A stretch of DNA of 64,000 nucleotides from Fibrobacterales bacterium (GCA_051532035.1 JAOPTW010000033.1:8802-72801); one strand, 5' to 3'. Shown: positions 1 to 9,362, numbered from the stretch's first letter. Numbers and translations: made by a program. Notes: generated by a model not told the origin, from the letters alone.

Positions 1-140
1 TTCCTTCAGGAACCGGTTCTGCGCACCTCAAAAGGGTACGTGTCCGTGACTTAGATGCAGAAGTTGCTGTTGAAGAAGAGCCTACTATTGAAGATATTCA
101 ACCAATGGAAATTATCAAAGAAACTCCTTTTAGCGAGTAG
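1..140 (+). CDS. rpoC: RNA polymerase beta' subunit, 3' end (partial)
   Basis: Frame from nt 3 reads PSGTGSAHLKRVRV...TPFSE* (TAG 138-140). This matches the C-terminal IPAGTG motif of RpoC and lies directly upstream of rpsL. Confidence 0.8.
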   Translation, partial: PSGTGSAHLKRVRVRDLDAEVAVEEEPTIEDIQPMEIIKETPFSE

Positions 141-268
141 TTTCTTTGTAAGTTGAGTTAATTGAGGGATTTATGCAAGGATTAAATGTAAAAATATTCC
201 TTGCACCCTTCCAAAGGGTTACCAATTATATTAACTTTACACCCACTAAAATTTAGGAGCAACATTAA

Positions 269-649
269 GTGCCAACGGTAAACCAATTAGTTAGAAAAGG
301 CAGAAAGAAGGCCATTACTGGAACCAACTCTCCTGCCCTTAAAAATTGCCCTCAAAAAAGAGGCGTGTGTACTCGTGTATACACAACCACACCTAAAAAA
401 CCAAACTCTGCATTACGTAAAATTGCACGAGTTCGCCTTTCGAATAAATTCGAAGTGACTTGTTATATTCCTGGTGAAGGTCATAACCTTCAGGAACACT
501 CAATTGTACTTATTCGCGGTGGCCGGGTTAAAGACGTTCCAGGTGTTCGTTATCACATTGTTCGTGGTACACTGGATACTCAAGGTGTTAATGATCGTAA
601 ACAATCTCGTTCAAAATACGGGGTTAAAAAACCTAAGGACAGTAAATAA
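269..649 (+). CDS. rpsL: 30S ribosomal protein S12
   Basis: [20 protein letters not shown] and [12 protein letters not shown] motifs; AGGAG RBS; GTG start. Confidence 0.99.
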   Translation: MPTVNQLVRKGRKKAITGTNSPALKNCPQKRGVCTRVYTTTPKKPNSALRKIARVRLSNKFEVTCYIPGEGHNLQEHSIVLIRGGRVKDVPGVRYHIVRGTLDTQGVNDRKQSRSKYGVKKPKDSK

Positions 650-1125
650 TGGCTAGACGTAGATCCGCGGTAAAACGCGAAAGATTACCTGATCCAAAAT
701 TTAGTTCAGTTCTTGTTACCGAGTTAATCGGTACTGTTCTAAAAAAAGGTAAAAAAACAGTTGCAGAAAAAATCGTTTATACTGCACTCGAACAAATGCA
801 TTCAAAAATTGAAGGTGATGAGTCGATCAAAGAAAAACTCGAAACATGTCTTTCAAATATCAGACCTACTCTTGAAGTAAAATCAAGAAGAGTTGGTGGA
901 TCAACATACCAAGTGCCTATAGAGGTTCCTGGTAATCGTTCAAAAGCACTAGCACTTCGCTGGTTACTTGAAGCTTCACGCAATAGAAATGAGAAAGATA
1001 TGTCTCAACGTCTTGCGAGTGAACTTGTTCAAGCATACAATAACGAAGGTAATGCAGTACGTAAACGTGTTGATACACATAAAATGGCTGACGCAAATAA
1101 AGCTTTTGCTCATTTTAGATGGTAA
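649..1125 (+). CDS. rpsG: 30S ribosomal protein S7
   Basis: EVKSRRVGGSTYQVP and HKMADANKAFAHFRW motifs; TAATG overlap with rpsL. Confidence 0.99.
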   Translation: MARRRSAVKRERLPDPKFSSVLVTELIGTVLKKGKKTVAEKIVYTALEQMHSKIEGDESIKEKLETCLSNIRPTLEVKSRRVGGSTYQVPIEVPGNRSKALALRWLLEASRNRNEKDMSQRLASELVQAYNNEGNAVRKRVDTHKMADANKAFAHFRW

Positions 1126-1147
1126 ACTAAATTACGATAGAATTACT

Positions 1148-1179
1148 AAAAGCCTTGATATTCTATCAAGGCTTTTTTT
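1148..1179 (+). terminator. Intrinsic terminator after rpsG
   Basis: AAAAGCCTTGATA-TTC-TATCAAGGCTTTT perfect hairpin followed by a T tract. Confidence 0.85.
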
Positions 1180-1217
1180 ATTTTCAAAATACTTAACCCA
1201 TAAGAATGGTATACAGA

Positions 1218-1478
1218 ATGACATTTGAAGAGATACTTGAAGTAGTAAAAAAACGAAAACAAGAGATGCCCGAAGGGAGCTGGACTACCAAGCTTTTTGA
1301 AAAAGGCGCTCACGGCATTGGTAAGAAACTTGTTGAAGAAGCTGCTGAAAGCTGGATGGCCGCTCGATTTGAGTCCAAAGAAGAGTGTGCAGAAGAACTC
1401 TCTCAGGTAATGTACTATGTAGCATGTATGATGGCAGAGAAAAATATTTCTCTTGATGAGGTGTATAAAACATTATGA
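1218..1478 (+). CDS. hisE: Phosphoribosyl-ATP pyrophosphatase
   Basis: PEGSWTTKLFEKG, KKLVEEAAE and EELSQVMYY motifs; overlaps hisG (ATGATAA). Alternative start at 1206. Confidence 0.93.
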   Translation: MTFEEILEVVKKRKQEMPEGSWTTKLFEKGAHGIGKKLVEEAAESWMAARFESKEECAEELSQVMYYVACMMAEKNISLDEVYKTL

Positions 1479-2317
1479 TAAAAATGGCACTCCCTAATAA
1501 AGGTCAACTTTTTGAACCAACCATCGAACTCTTAAAAGAGTGTGGGTATAAAGCTAAAAAATCTAGAAAGTCATTAACCTGCATAGATATTGAAAATGAC
1601 ATTGAGTTCTATTTTTTACGTCCCTATGATATCCCTATGTATGTAGCAGAAGGCATTATTGATCTAGGTATTACTGGTATCGATTTTAATGAAGAGCGTT
1701 GTGGTAAAGCGACAAAAGTAATGGACCTCCATTTTGGACATTCTAAGCTCTGTGCAGCGGTCCCTAATGATAGTGACTACAAAGACATTATGGATCTTAA
1801 AGGCGCGCGCATAGCTACCTCATTTCCTAATACAACAAGAAATTTCTTTAATGCCCCTGATATGCAAATTACCGAACTAGAAGGTGCTGTTGAAATTTCT
1901 GTTAAACTCGGTATTTCTGACGCAGTTGTTGATATTGTAGAAACTGGTTCAACGTTAAAACAAGCAGGACTTCGTCTTCTTGGTGAGCCAATGTCATTTT
2001 CAAATGCTGCTATTTACGCACACCCAGGTAGAGAAACAAGTCCAGAAATGTTAAAGCTTCAAAAAAGAATTAAGGGTAAACTAGTAGCCTTAGATCATGT
2101 TATGGTGGAGTACGATACACCAAAAGAGATTCTTGATACCGTATGTGCTATAACACCAGGTATTGAGTCTCCAACAGTTATGCCACTTCATGATCCTGAA
2201 TGGTATTCAGTTAAGTCAATGATTAAAAAATCTGAGTCTAATGTGATAATGGATAAACTCTCTGAACTAGGGTGTAAGGGTGTCATTATTACTGCAATAG
2301 AAAGTGCTCGAATCTAA
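1475..2317 (+). CDS. hisG: ATP phosphoribosyltransferase (long form)
   Basis: ALPNKG, LRPYDIP, DLGITGID, LEGAVE and DIVETGSTL motifs; C-terminal regulatory domain TPGIESPTV. Confidence 0.97.
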   Translation: MIKMALPNKGQLFEPTIELLKECGYKAKKSRKSLTCIDIENDIEFYFLRPYDIPMYVAEGIIDLGITGIDFNEERCGKATKVMDLHFGHSKLCAAVPNDSDYKDIMDLKGARIATSFPNTTRNFFNAPDMQITELEGAVEISVKLGISDAVVDIVETGSTLKQAGLRLLGEPMSFSNAAIYAHPGRETSPEMLKLQKRIKGKLVALDHVMVEYDTPKEILDTVCAITPGIESPTVMPLHDPEWYSVKSMIKKSESNVIMDKLSELGCKGVIITAIESARI

Positions 2318-2415
2318 ATAATTATTCAAAAACATTAGATAATGCTGTTACCGATAAGGTGACAGCTTTTTTTGTATCATTTTCAACGATATCTGACCTA
2401 TTAGTTAGATTTGGT

Positions 2416-3270
2416 CTACTCGACATTGAAGGAGCTTCGATACTCTTTAGGTGTTTTGGATGTCTCTTGTTTAAATTTTTTGCAAAAATATGCTGTATCA
2501 TTAAAGCCACATTGTTCAGCGATTTTTGCTATGGACACATTTTGATTGTTTAAGAGGGTTATAGCGGAGTTAATCTTCCTTTTAAGGAGATACTCGTTAT
2601 ACGTTAAATCAAAGTAAGATTTAAAGAGCCTCGAAAAATGAAATTTAGAAAGACCACAGAGTTTTGCCGCTTTATCGAGTGGCAGATTGTATATGGAATT
2701 CTCTTCTAGGTGCTTGAGAAGTGGTGTGAATTGAAGGATTCCCTTTGAAGGGCGAATTGGTGTATTTTCAATTATTGGTGCTTGTCTAATTTGATCTAAA
2801 ACTAACTGAAGAATAAGACTGATTATTCGTTGAGCAAGTGCCCTATTTTCTGATTGATATACTTCTTGATACCAGTTAAAAAGGTAATCAAAATGATCGT
2901 TTATTTCATTGGTAAGTACCGAAACAGAAGGGGTGTTAAATATCTCTTTTACTTGTCTAAAATTATATGCTGTAAGAAGGGTGGGCTCAAATTGTAGGAG
3001 AGACCATGAGCGTCGGGAATCCGTAGGAAATCGGATATCATGTACCGACATAGATGGTATAAATACAAGGGTATTGGGTACAAGTTCATATTCGACTCCA
3101 TCGATGCTCAATACACCACCAGATACGTAATTGTACTTAATTATTTCGTGAAGCTTGTGAAAGTGAGTAAAATTCCAAAAAGTGTCAGATGGCTCTTGAT
3201 CTACGCGAGATAAGTAGACATGATGACTTGAATCCGGGGTTATATTCTCATATTGGATAGGTGTTGTCAT
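2416..3270 (-). CDS. AraC family transcriptional regulator (cupin plus HTH)
   Basis: N-terminal HFHKLHEI cupin-like motif; C-terminal LSKFHFSRLFK...IAEQCGFNDTAYFCKKFK...TPKEYR. Confidence 0.92.
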   Translation of the reverse strand: MTTPIQYENITPDSSHHVYLSRVDQEPSDTFWNFTHFHKLHEIIKYNYVSGGVLSIDGVEYELVPNTLVFIPSMSVHDIRFPTDSRRSWSLLQFEPTLLTAYNFRQVKEIFNTPSVSVLTNEINDHFDYLFNWYQEVYQSENRALAQRIISLILQLVLDQIRQAPIIENTPIRPSKGILQFTPLLKHLEENSIYNLPLDKAAKLCGLSKFHFSRLFKSYFDLTYNEYLLKRKINSAITLLNNQNVSIAKIAEQCGFNDTAYFCKKFKQETSKTPKEYRSSFNVE

Positions 3271-3333
3271 AGGTAAATTAGCAGGATCGAGGGCGTGTAT
3301 ATCTACAGATATAATAAAGAGTTATTATAAAAA

Positions 3334-4299
3334 CTAGATCAGTCCCTGCTCTTCTAGTGATTCTAGTAAGGTAGGGGGAAGCCATTTATGCATTGGCTTA
3401 TAAGTGGCTTTGTTAAATTGGCTTAGGAACTCTTTAGAGAGATCATTATCTTTGCTTATTGAGTAGAGTAGTGCGAGATTGGCAAGGGCGCAAAGGTGCC
3501 TTAATGAGCCCGGAGCTATAGTTGCGTAATCCAATAGACTACTATGATAGATTTCAAGGGCTTTTTGAATATTTCCATGGGCTGCATATAGATCTCCAAG
3601 TGTTTGGTAAGAGACGCGTCCATGAGGAAATTGTGTTAGCTGAGTGGTCATGAGTTGAATAGCCTCAAGGTAGCGTTCTTCTTCAAAATAGACCCAGCTT
3701 AATGTATTAATAAAATAATGTTTAAACCAACGAGATTGTTCTCCTCCTATTTTAAGAGGTTTAATAAAATTTTGAGCATTAGAAAAGGGGATCCATGAAA
3801 GAGATTTTTCAATATAGAAGTGGTAAATGGCGCTAAAAGCTTGAGCATCTCTATTTTGAGTAAGTTTGGCTAATTCATTTGAGGCTGAACGTATTTGAAG
3901 AGCGGCCGAAATGGATTTACCACGAAGTTCCATGACAAATGCCCTCTGTAATCTAATGAGGTTATACCAAAAAAGTGTTTCTGGATCGTTTTTTGTCTTT
4001 TTAAAGAACTTTTCGCAGGGATGAAGGAGAGAGTCGGCAGTAAAAATATCAGTAGTATCTCCTAAATCGTCAAATCGACCTATGTAAATTATGGCAATAA
4101 AGCTTTGAACAGTAATTCTATGAAGGGCGGATTCATGATCATCTAAAGTATAAGGCTTTAAATGGTCTATTGCTTTGGAATATTGTTGGGTATTTGTGAG
4201 AGAGACGGCAGAATCAATAAGAGTGTAGTAATTTGGTTCGCTATGGAGCAGAGATATAAAAAGGATTACAAAGGATAGAGCACGGATATATTTGGTCAT
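3334..4299 (-). CDS. Secreted TPR-like helical protein
   Basis: Signal-peptide-like N-terminus; TPR-like segment YQTLGDLYAAHGNIQKALEIYHSSL. Confidence 0.65.
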   Translation of the reverse strand: MTKYIRALSFVILFISLLHSEPNYYTLIDSAVSLTNTQQYSKAIDHLKPYTLDDHESALHRITVQSFIAIIYIGRFDDLGDTTDIFTADSLLHPCEKFFKKTKNDPETLFWYNLIRLQRAFVMELRGKSISAALQIRSASNELAKLTQNRDAQAFSAIYHFYIEKSLSWIPFSNAQNFIKPLKIGGEQSRWFKHYFINTLSWVYFEEERYLEAIQLMTTQLTQFPHGRVSYQTLGDLYAAHGNIQKALEIYHSSLLDYATIAPGSLRHLCALANLALLYSISKDNDLSKEFLSQFNKATYKPMHKWLPPTLLESLEEQGLI

Positions 4300-4352
4300 T
4301 GTTTTATATATAGTTATTATTTAAGAGATAGTTATGAGAAATTGGTTTAGAA

Positions 4353-5072
4353 ATGGCTGCACAATTCAGTAAACCACAGATTATAGGATTGATAATACCA
4401 GAGGTATTTACTGATGGAGTGTTTAAGTATCATGATGAAATAATACTTTGTGATATCCTTGAGATTCGCTATGACTTGTTTGAAAACCCAATGGAATGGA
4501 AAAAGATCGCACCTGCGGTACGTTCTGCATATGCTGATAAAGAGATTATTGGCACTATACGCTTAGAGTCTGATGGTGGGGCATTTGATAATAGCCTTGT
4601 GGAAAAGCGCAATACCCTACTCTACGAGTTAATGCATCTAGGCAAGTGGGATTGGGTAGATATAGAGTATGAAAATATGAATATTATTCCAAAGTTTATT
4701 GCTGAAGCACGAAATACTAATACCAAAGTTATTACTTCTCATCATAACTTTAATACCGCTTATACGAAAGAGGAGTATATCGCAAAAGCGATGGAAATGA
4801 CAATTGCAGGGAGTGATGCAATAAAGTTTTCGGTTATGGTGGCGACCGAAGAGGAGTTAATATCGCTGTATCGCTTTGTCGAAGAGAATGAAGAAAAGGA
4901 AATGAAGCTTCCGCTCTTTAGTGTTTTCTCCATGGGAGAGTTCGCTCAGCAGACTCGTATAAAGATGCCGACACTTGGTGCGCCATGTACCTATGGTTTT
5001 TTTGGAGAGAATCAACCAGTATCAGGACAAATTAGTGTAAAAAGTTTGTTTCAAAAGCTTAAAAACGGCTGA
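4353..5072 (+). CDS. aroD: Type I 3-dehydroquinate dehydratase
   Basis: DILEIRYD, TIRLESDGG, VDIE, ITSHHNF, DAIKF, SMGE..QTR and SGQI motifs. Confidence 0.88.
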   Translation: MAAQFSKPQIIGLIIPEVFTDGVFKYHDEIILCDILEIRYDLFENPMEWKKIAPAVRSAYADKEIIGTIRLESDGGAFDNSLVEKRNTLLYELMHLGKWDWVDIEYENMNIIPKFIAEARNTNTKVITSHHNFNTAYTKEEYIAKAMEMTIAGSDAIKFSVMVATEEELISLYRFVEENEEKEMKLPLFSVFSMGEFAQQTRIKMPTLGAPCTYGFFGENQPVSGQISVKSLFQKLKNG

Positions 5073-5166
5073 TTTAAGCCCCTTTTAAAAAGGATCCTTA
5101 AAAGAAGCTTTTAAGTGCCGGTACAATTTCCTATACTTGGATCACAATTTTTTTGGGTAGCTAATT

Positions 5167-5631
5167 ATGAGACTTTCAGAACGACTCATTGAAGATGGAA
5201 TTATTATTAACTCTGTAAACAGAGAAAAAAATGCCCTCATTGAAGAACTTGTAGATACCCTTGTTAAAGCGTATGACCTCGATCATCGCGACTCTATCCT
5301 TGATTCTGTACTTGACCGTGAAAGCAAACTCTCAACCGGTATTGGTTGCGGGCTCGCAGTACCGCATGCTAAAATTGATCATATTGATAAAATGTATATG
5401 GTAGCTATGAGTGTAAAAGAGGGTGTGGATTTTGAGGCAATTGATAAAGAGCCTGTCTTCCTTTTCTTTTTGGTTATTTCGCCAAGTAGTACTGTAGGGC
5501 CGCACATTAAGGCGCTCTCATCTATCTCACGTATTATGGCAGATGCAGAAGTTCGTCAACAGTTGGTTAACGCAGAATCTACAACAGAGTTTATTGAGTT
5601 TCTTCTTACCGCCGAAGAAAAATATCTTTAA
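5167..5631 (+). CDS. PTS IIA component (Ntr/fructose type)
   Basis: DRESKLSTGIGCGLAVPHAK phosphorylation-site motif; GVDFEAID. Confidence 0.93.
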   Translation: MRLSERLIEDGIIINSVNREKNALIEELVDTLVKAYDLDHRDSILDSVLDRESKLSTGIGCGLAVPHAKIDHIDKMYMVAMSVKEGVDFEAIDKEPVFLFFLVISPSSTVGPHIKALSSISRIMADAEVRQQLVNAESTTEFIEFLLTAEEKYL

Positions 5632-5638
5632 GCTTTAA

Positions 5639-5741
5639 TTTTCGGTTTTAAACAGCACATTGCTGCGTTATATCTTCCTCAGCGTACCAAGTGTACGCAG
5701 TCGTCGGATATGCCTTGCACTGCACTATTTAAAATCGAAAA
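5639..5741. repeat. Palindromic structured element, copy 1
   Basis: Terminal IR TTTTCGGTTTTAAACAG/CTATTTAAAATCGAAAA; inner CTGCGTT..GCGTAC-CAAGT-GTACGC..GCCTTG. Same layout as 9203-9308. Confidence 0.7.
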
Positions 5742-5763
5742 ATGTGTCGTGTAAATCGGTTGT

Positions 5764-5869
5764 TCGGTTCGCTTTGCGAACCATTACTTTTTTGGTTCAT
5801 TTTTTTACTCGGTTCACTTTGTGAACCATTGCTTTATATGTCATTATTTTGCTTGGTTTGCAAGCCGTT
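5764..5869. repeat. REP-like tandem hairpins, about 45 nt period
   Basis: GGTTCGC-TTT-GCGAACC (5766-5782), GGTTCAC-TTT-GTGAACC (5811-5827), and degenerate GGTTTGCAAGCC (5855-5866). Confidence 0.6.
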
Positions 5870-5877
5870 GCGTTCTC

Positions 5878-6606
5878 TTAATTGATTTGATATTGGGATT
5901 GGGTTACTTCGCCGTTATCAATTGAGATGTAGTGGAGGGCGAAGAGCCAGTCTCCGTTTACGATGAATGAACCATCTTCTTGATGAGAGGCGTAAGGGGT
6001 GTGCAAGTGCCCTTGGATGAATACGTCTGCACTTTCTTCTTTAAGAATGGAACGAGCGGTTGTTTCATATTCATGCATGAGAGGCGCTGTGTCTTTTTGA
6101 GCGTATCTGCTTTTGTTACCAACGTATCGTGCAAGTGCCATGCCCCAGTCGGGGTGAAGTAGCTTAAAAAGAAAGTTATTAAGTGGGTTTCTGATAACTC
6201 TTTTTGCGATTCGGTATTTCCAGTCACTAGCCGAAAGGCCATCGCCATGCATAAAGCATATTTTTTTGTTTCCACTCCAGGTGAGATAGCGGTCAGAATG
6301 AACAGTTATTCCAAGATGGTTGGTGAAAAATTGACCAAGATTGAAGTCGTGGTTTCCGGCTATGTAATGAATGTCAGTCCCTGAATCGGAAAGTGATTGT
6401 AAGGTAGAGAGTACTCTAAAATGGTTTTTATTGATGTAGTCAGAATACTCCATCCAGAATTCAAAAAAGTCACCACCAATAACAAGTTGTGAGGCCGTCC
6501 CTTTGAGGCTTTGGAGAAAAGATATTAGTTGCTGTTCTCGTTCTGGTATTGTGCCGGGTTCATTGCATCCCAAATGAGCATCAGAGATGAAAAAGAGAGG
6601 CTTCAT
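5878..6606 (-). CDS. lpxH: UDP-2,3-diacylglucosamine diphosphatase
   Basis: FISDAHLG, GGDFFEFW, AGNHD, HGD, GHLH and NGDW metallophosphoesterase motifs. ATG at 6606, just after the upstream stop. Confidence 0.88.
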   Translation of the reverse strand: MKPLFFISDAHLGCNEPGTIPEREQQLISFLQSLKGTASQLVIGGDFFEFWMEYSDYINKNHFRVLSTLQSLSDSGTDIHYIAGNHDFNLGQFFTNHLGITVHSDRYLTWSGNKKICFMHGDGLSASDWKYRIAKRVIRNPLNNFLFKLLHPDWGMALARYVGNKSRYAQKDTAPLMHEYETTARSILKEESADVFIQGHLHTPYASHQEDGSFIVNGDWLFALHYISIDNGEVTQSQYQIN

Positions 6607-6607
6607 A

Positions 6608-7774
6608 TTAGTAGGCGCCTTCACCTTTAAAAACAACCTTAAAGGTTTTGCCAATGAGTTTAAAATCTTCTTTAATGGACCCATGACGAATATATTGATT
6701 GTCGAGGCGCATCCACTCTTCGAAGCCAATATTACTTCTTCCTGACACCTGCCAATGACAGGTAAGTCCGGGCTTTACTGAAAGACGCATTTGGTGCCAT
6801 GGGAGATACTCTTTTACTTCACGAGGTATTGGAGGACGAGGTCCTACAATAGACATCTCACCTTTGATAATGTTGATAAGTTGAGGAAGTTCATCAAGAC
6901 TATACTTTCGTATAAAAGTTCCGATGGGAGTGACACGGGGGTCGTTTTTAATTTTAAAAACTGGACCGTCTGTTTCGTTGAGGCCTTTAGATTTTAACTC
7001 ATTGAGTCGTGCTTCGGCATCGAGATACATAGATCTGAATTTGATCATGTAAAATGGCTTGCCATTGAGTCCGACCCGTTCTTGTCTGAAAAATACGGGT
7101 CCTTTATCAATAAATTTTATGATGGCAGATATTATAACAAACAAGGGTAAGAGAATCAGAAGCCCGCCCATAGCGCCAGAAAAATCAATAGAGCGTTTGA
7201 CGAAATTAATAAATGAAAAGCTCCATTTGTTTACTTTAAGTTTAGAATAACTATATGCCTCAATGGTAAAGAGTCCTTCATTGATATAGTTAAATTTCTC
7301 CATTAGTTTTTCGGTGTTGGTATGTTTCTTACCTGACTGGCCACTAAAGTAGAATGCTTGGAAAAAAGGTTTCTTAGGCTCAAGTTTGGTGCGCACTTTA
7401 TCGAGAAGACCGGCCTCTTCAATGTTGTGTAGTATCTGCTTTTTAATCTGTTGAATTTCTTTTACAGTCTTATTAAGAAGGATAATACTTAAGCCAGAGT
7501 TGTTGTGCATAAACCCTTTGATGTCAATAATCGAAGAGTAAGAAAATACGGTGAGTACAGCGATCTTCCATGCGGTTAATGTGTCATTAGCAATTTTCTC
7601 AAATCCAAAGAGGTCATATTGTTCTGTGGAAATTTGAATGAGAGTAAAGGGCATGTGAGAACGAGTACTCCGGAGGATCTCTTCTTTGAGCCGCATATCA
7701 AATAGTTCGGGAGAGTAGATAGTTGAGTTGCTATTCTCACCCTCGGTAATAATCTCTTTAATCTCTTCGAGCAT
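6608..7774 (-). CDS. Polyprenyl-phosphate sugar phosphotransferase with N-terminal GGDEF-like domain
   Basis: KRSID, TM helix, GPVFFRQERVG, KFRSM, DPRVT, SLDELPQL, VGPRP and KPGLT (Bac_transf) motifs; about 180 aa extra cytoplasmic N-terminus. Confidence 0.9.
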   Translation of the reverse strand: MLEEIKEIITEGENSNSTIYSPELFDMRLKEEILRSTRSHMPFTLIQISTEQYDLFGFEKIANDTLTAWKIAVLTVFSYSSIIDIKGFMHNNSGLSIILLNKTVKEIQQIKKQILHNIEEAGLLDKVRTKLEPKKPFFQAFYFSGQSGKKHTNTEKLMEKFNYINEGLFTIEAYSYSKLKVNKWSFSFINFVKRSIDFSGAMGGLLILLPLFVIISAIIKFIDKGPVFFRQERVGLNGKPFYMIKFRSMYLDAEARLNELKSKGLNETDGPVFKIKNDPRVTPIGTFIRKYSLDELPQLINIIKGEMSIVGPRPPIPREVKEYLPWHQMRLSVKPGLTCHWQVSGRSNIGFEEWMRLDNQYIRHGSIKEDFKLIGKTFKVVFKGEGAY

Positions 7775-7924
7775 AGTGCGTCGTTCAGTTCCTGGAATTA
7801 ACCTATTTGTAACAAATATAGTGAAAAATTGAAATATTTGACCAATTGAGAACCTTATCTGTAGTGAATTGAAATATGTGAAACAAAATTTGTATTTTTG
7901 ACTGAAACATTTATTGAGGCATCT

Positions 7925-9202
7925 ATGAGCATTCGTGTTGGTATTATTGGGCTAGGTACTGTGGGTTCTGGAACCTATGAAATTCTCTCAAGTAAAAGGG
8001 ATTCCTTTATCAAGAATCTTGGGGTAGATCTCGAAGTTACCTTAGTATGCGCTCGTGAAGATGCAGTTTTGGCCGGGTTTAGTGCAAAAGGAATTGCGAC
8101 AACCAAAGATGCACTTGAACTTGTAAAAAGCCAAAATGTTGATATTGTTATAGAGCTCGCGGGTGGGTATGATCTTCCTAAAGAGTGGATTTTAACAGCA
8201 CTCAAAAATAAGAAGCATGTTGTTACAGCAAATAAGGCTCTTATTGCGAAATATGGCGTTGAACTCTTTCCGGTAGCAGATGAAAATGGTGTTGCTCTAA
8301 TGTTTGAAGCAGCAATCGGTGGTGGAATCCCTATCATTAAAGCGATGCAAGAGTCGTTGGTAGGAAATGAATACCAATCATTGAATTGTATCATAAATGG
8401 TACGTGTAACTATATCATGACCGAAATGACTCAAAGAGGTTCTGAGTATAAAAAGACCCTTAAAATAGCCCAAGAACTTGGCTATGCTGAAGCAGACCCG
8501 ACTTTTGATGTAGAGGGAATCGATTCAGCTCATAAAACAGCTATCTTGGCTTCAATCTGTTCAAAAACCTTTGTTGATTTTGAAAAAATGCACATTTCGG
8601 GGATTAGTAACATAGAGCCTATTGATATTGATATCGCGAAAGAGATGGGATACTGCATTAAACTTCTGGGTACGGTGTGTCAAGGTGAAGAAGGAGTGGA
8701 CGCTCGTGTACACCCTTGTTTGATCTCTAATGACCACCTTCTTGCTGGAGTGAATGGCGTATTGAATGCTGTCTATCTTGAGACTGATAATCTTGGGCCG
8801 ACTCTTCAAACGGGTGCAGGCGCTGGTAAACTTCCAACAGCATCAGCAGTAGTTGGTGATGTGGTTGATATTGCACGTCAATTGACGGCTGGAAAAGCGA
8901 ACCCTATTCCAATGGGGTATTACAGTCGTGACAATGAAGCCAAGTTGATCTCAATTGATGAGCTTGTCACCAAATTTTATTTGAGATTTACTGCAAACGA
9001 TGAACCAGGAGTTCTTGCCTCGATCACTTCGGCACTCAGTGAGAAAAATATCTCAGTTGAATCGATTATTCAAAAACCTGTTTCTGAACATGATGCTGCG
9101 ACTATTATTGTGGTAACTCATGAGTGTAAAGAGGCTGATATCAATGCTGCTGTTGCGAGCCTATCGAATCTAGAGGCCCCTCAAATAATCCGTTTCGCTT
9201 AA
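7925..9202 (+). CDS. hom: Homoserine dehydrogenase with ACT domain
   Basis: GLGTVGSG, VVTANKA, FEAAIGGGIP, NGTCNY, GYAEADP and GAGAG..PTASAV motifs; ACT motif DEPGVLA. Confidence 0.96.
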   Translation: MSIRVGIIGLGTVGSGTYEILSSKRDSFIKNLGVDLEVTLVCAREDAVLAGFSAKGIATTKDALELVKSQNVDIVIELAGGYDLPKEWILTALKNKKHVVTANKALIAKYGVELFPVADENGVALMFEAAIGGGIPIIKAMQESLVGNEYQSLNCIINGTCNYIMTEMTQRGSEYKKTLKIAQELGYAEADPTFDVEGIDSAHKTAILASICSKTFVDFEKMHISGISNIEPIDIDIAKEMGYCIKLLGTVCQGEEGVDARVHPCLISNDHLLAGVNGVLNAVYLETDNLGPTLQTGAGAGKLPTASAVVGDVVDIARQLTAGKANPIPMGYYSRDNEAKLISIDELVTKFYLRFTANDEPGVLASITSALSEKNISVESIIQKPVSEHDAATIIVVTHECKEADINAAVASLSNLEAPQIIRFA

Positions 9203-9308
9203 TTTTTTCGGAAAGAGGCGTGCATCTACTGCGTTAATTGAAACTTGACGTACAAATGTACGCCGGCGTTCCAATTGCCTTGTATCTACATACCTCTTTC
9301 CGAAAAAA
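9203..9308. repeat. Palindromic structured element, copy 2
   Basis: Perfect 16 bp terminal IR TTTTTTCGGAAAGAGG/CCTCTTTCCGAAAAAA; inner CTGCGTT..CGTACA-AA-TGTACG..GCCTTG. Confidence 0.75.
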
Positions 9309-9362
9309 TGAGTTCATTTTGTTGCTGGATGCACTTCGTGCATCGGCGTTTTTTGGAATGAG

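Noticed and set aside
5764..5869. CRISPR array
   Set aside because: Only 2-3 imperfect units with short T-rich spacers, and no cas genes in the window.
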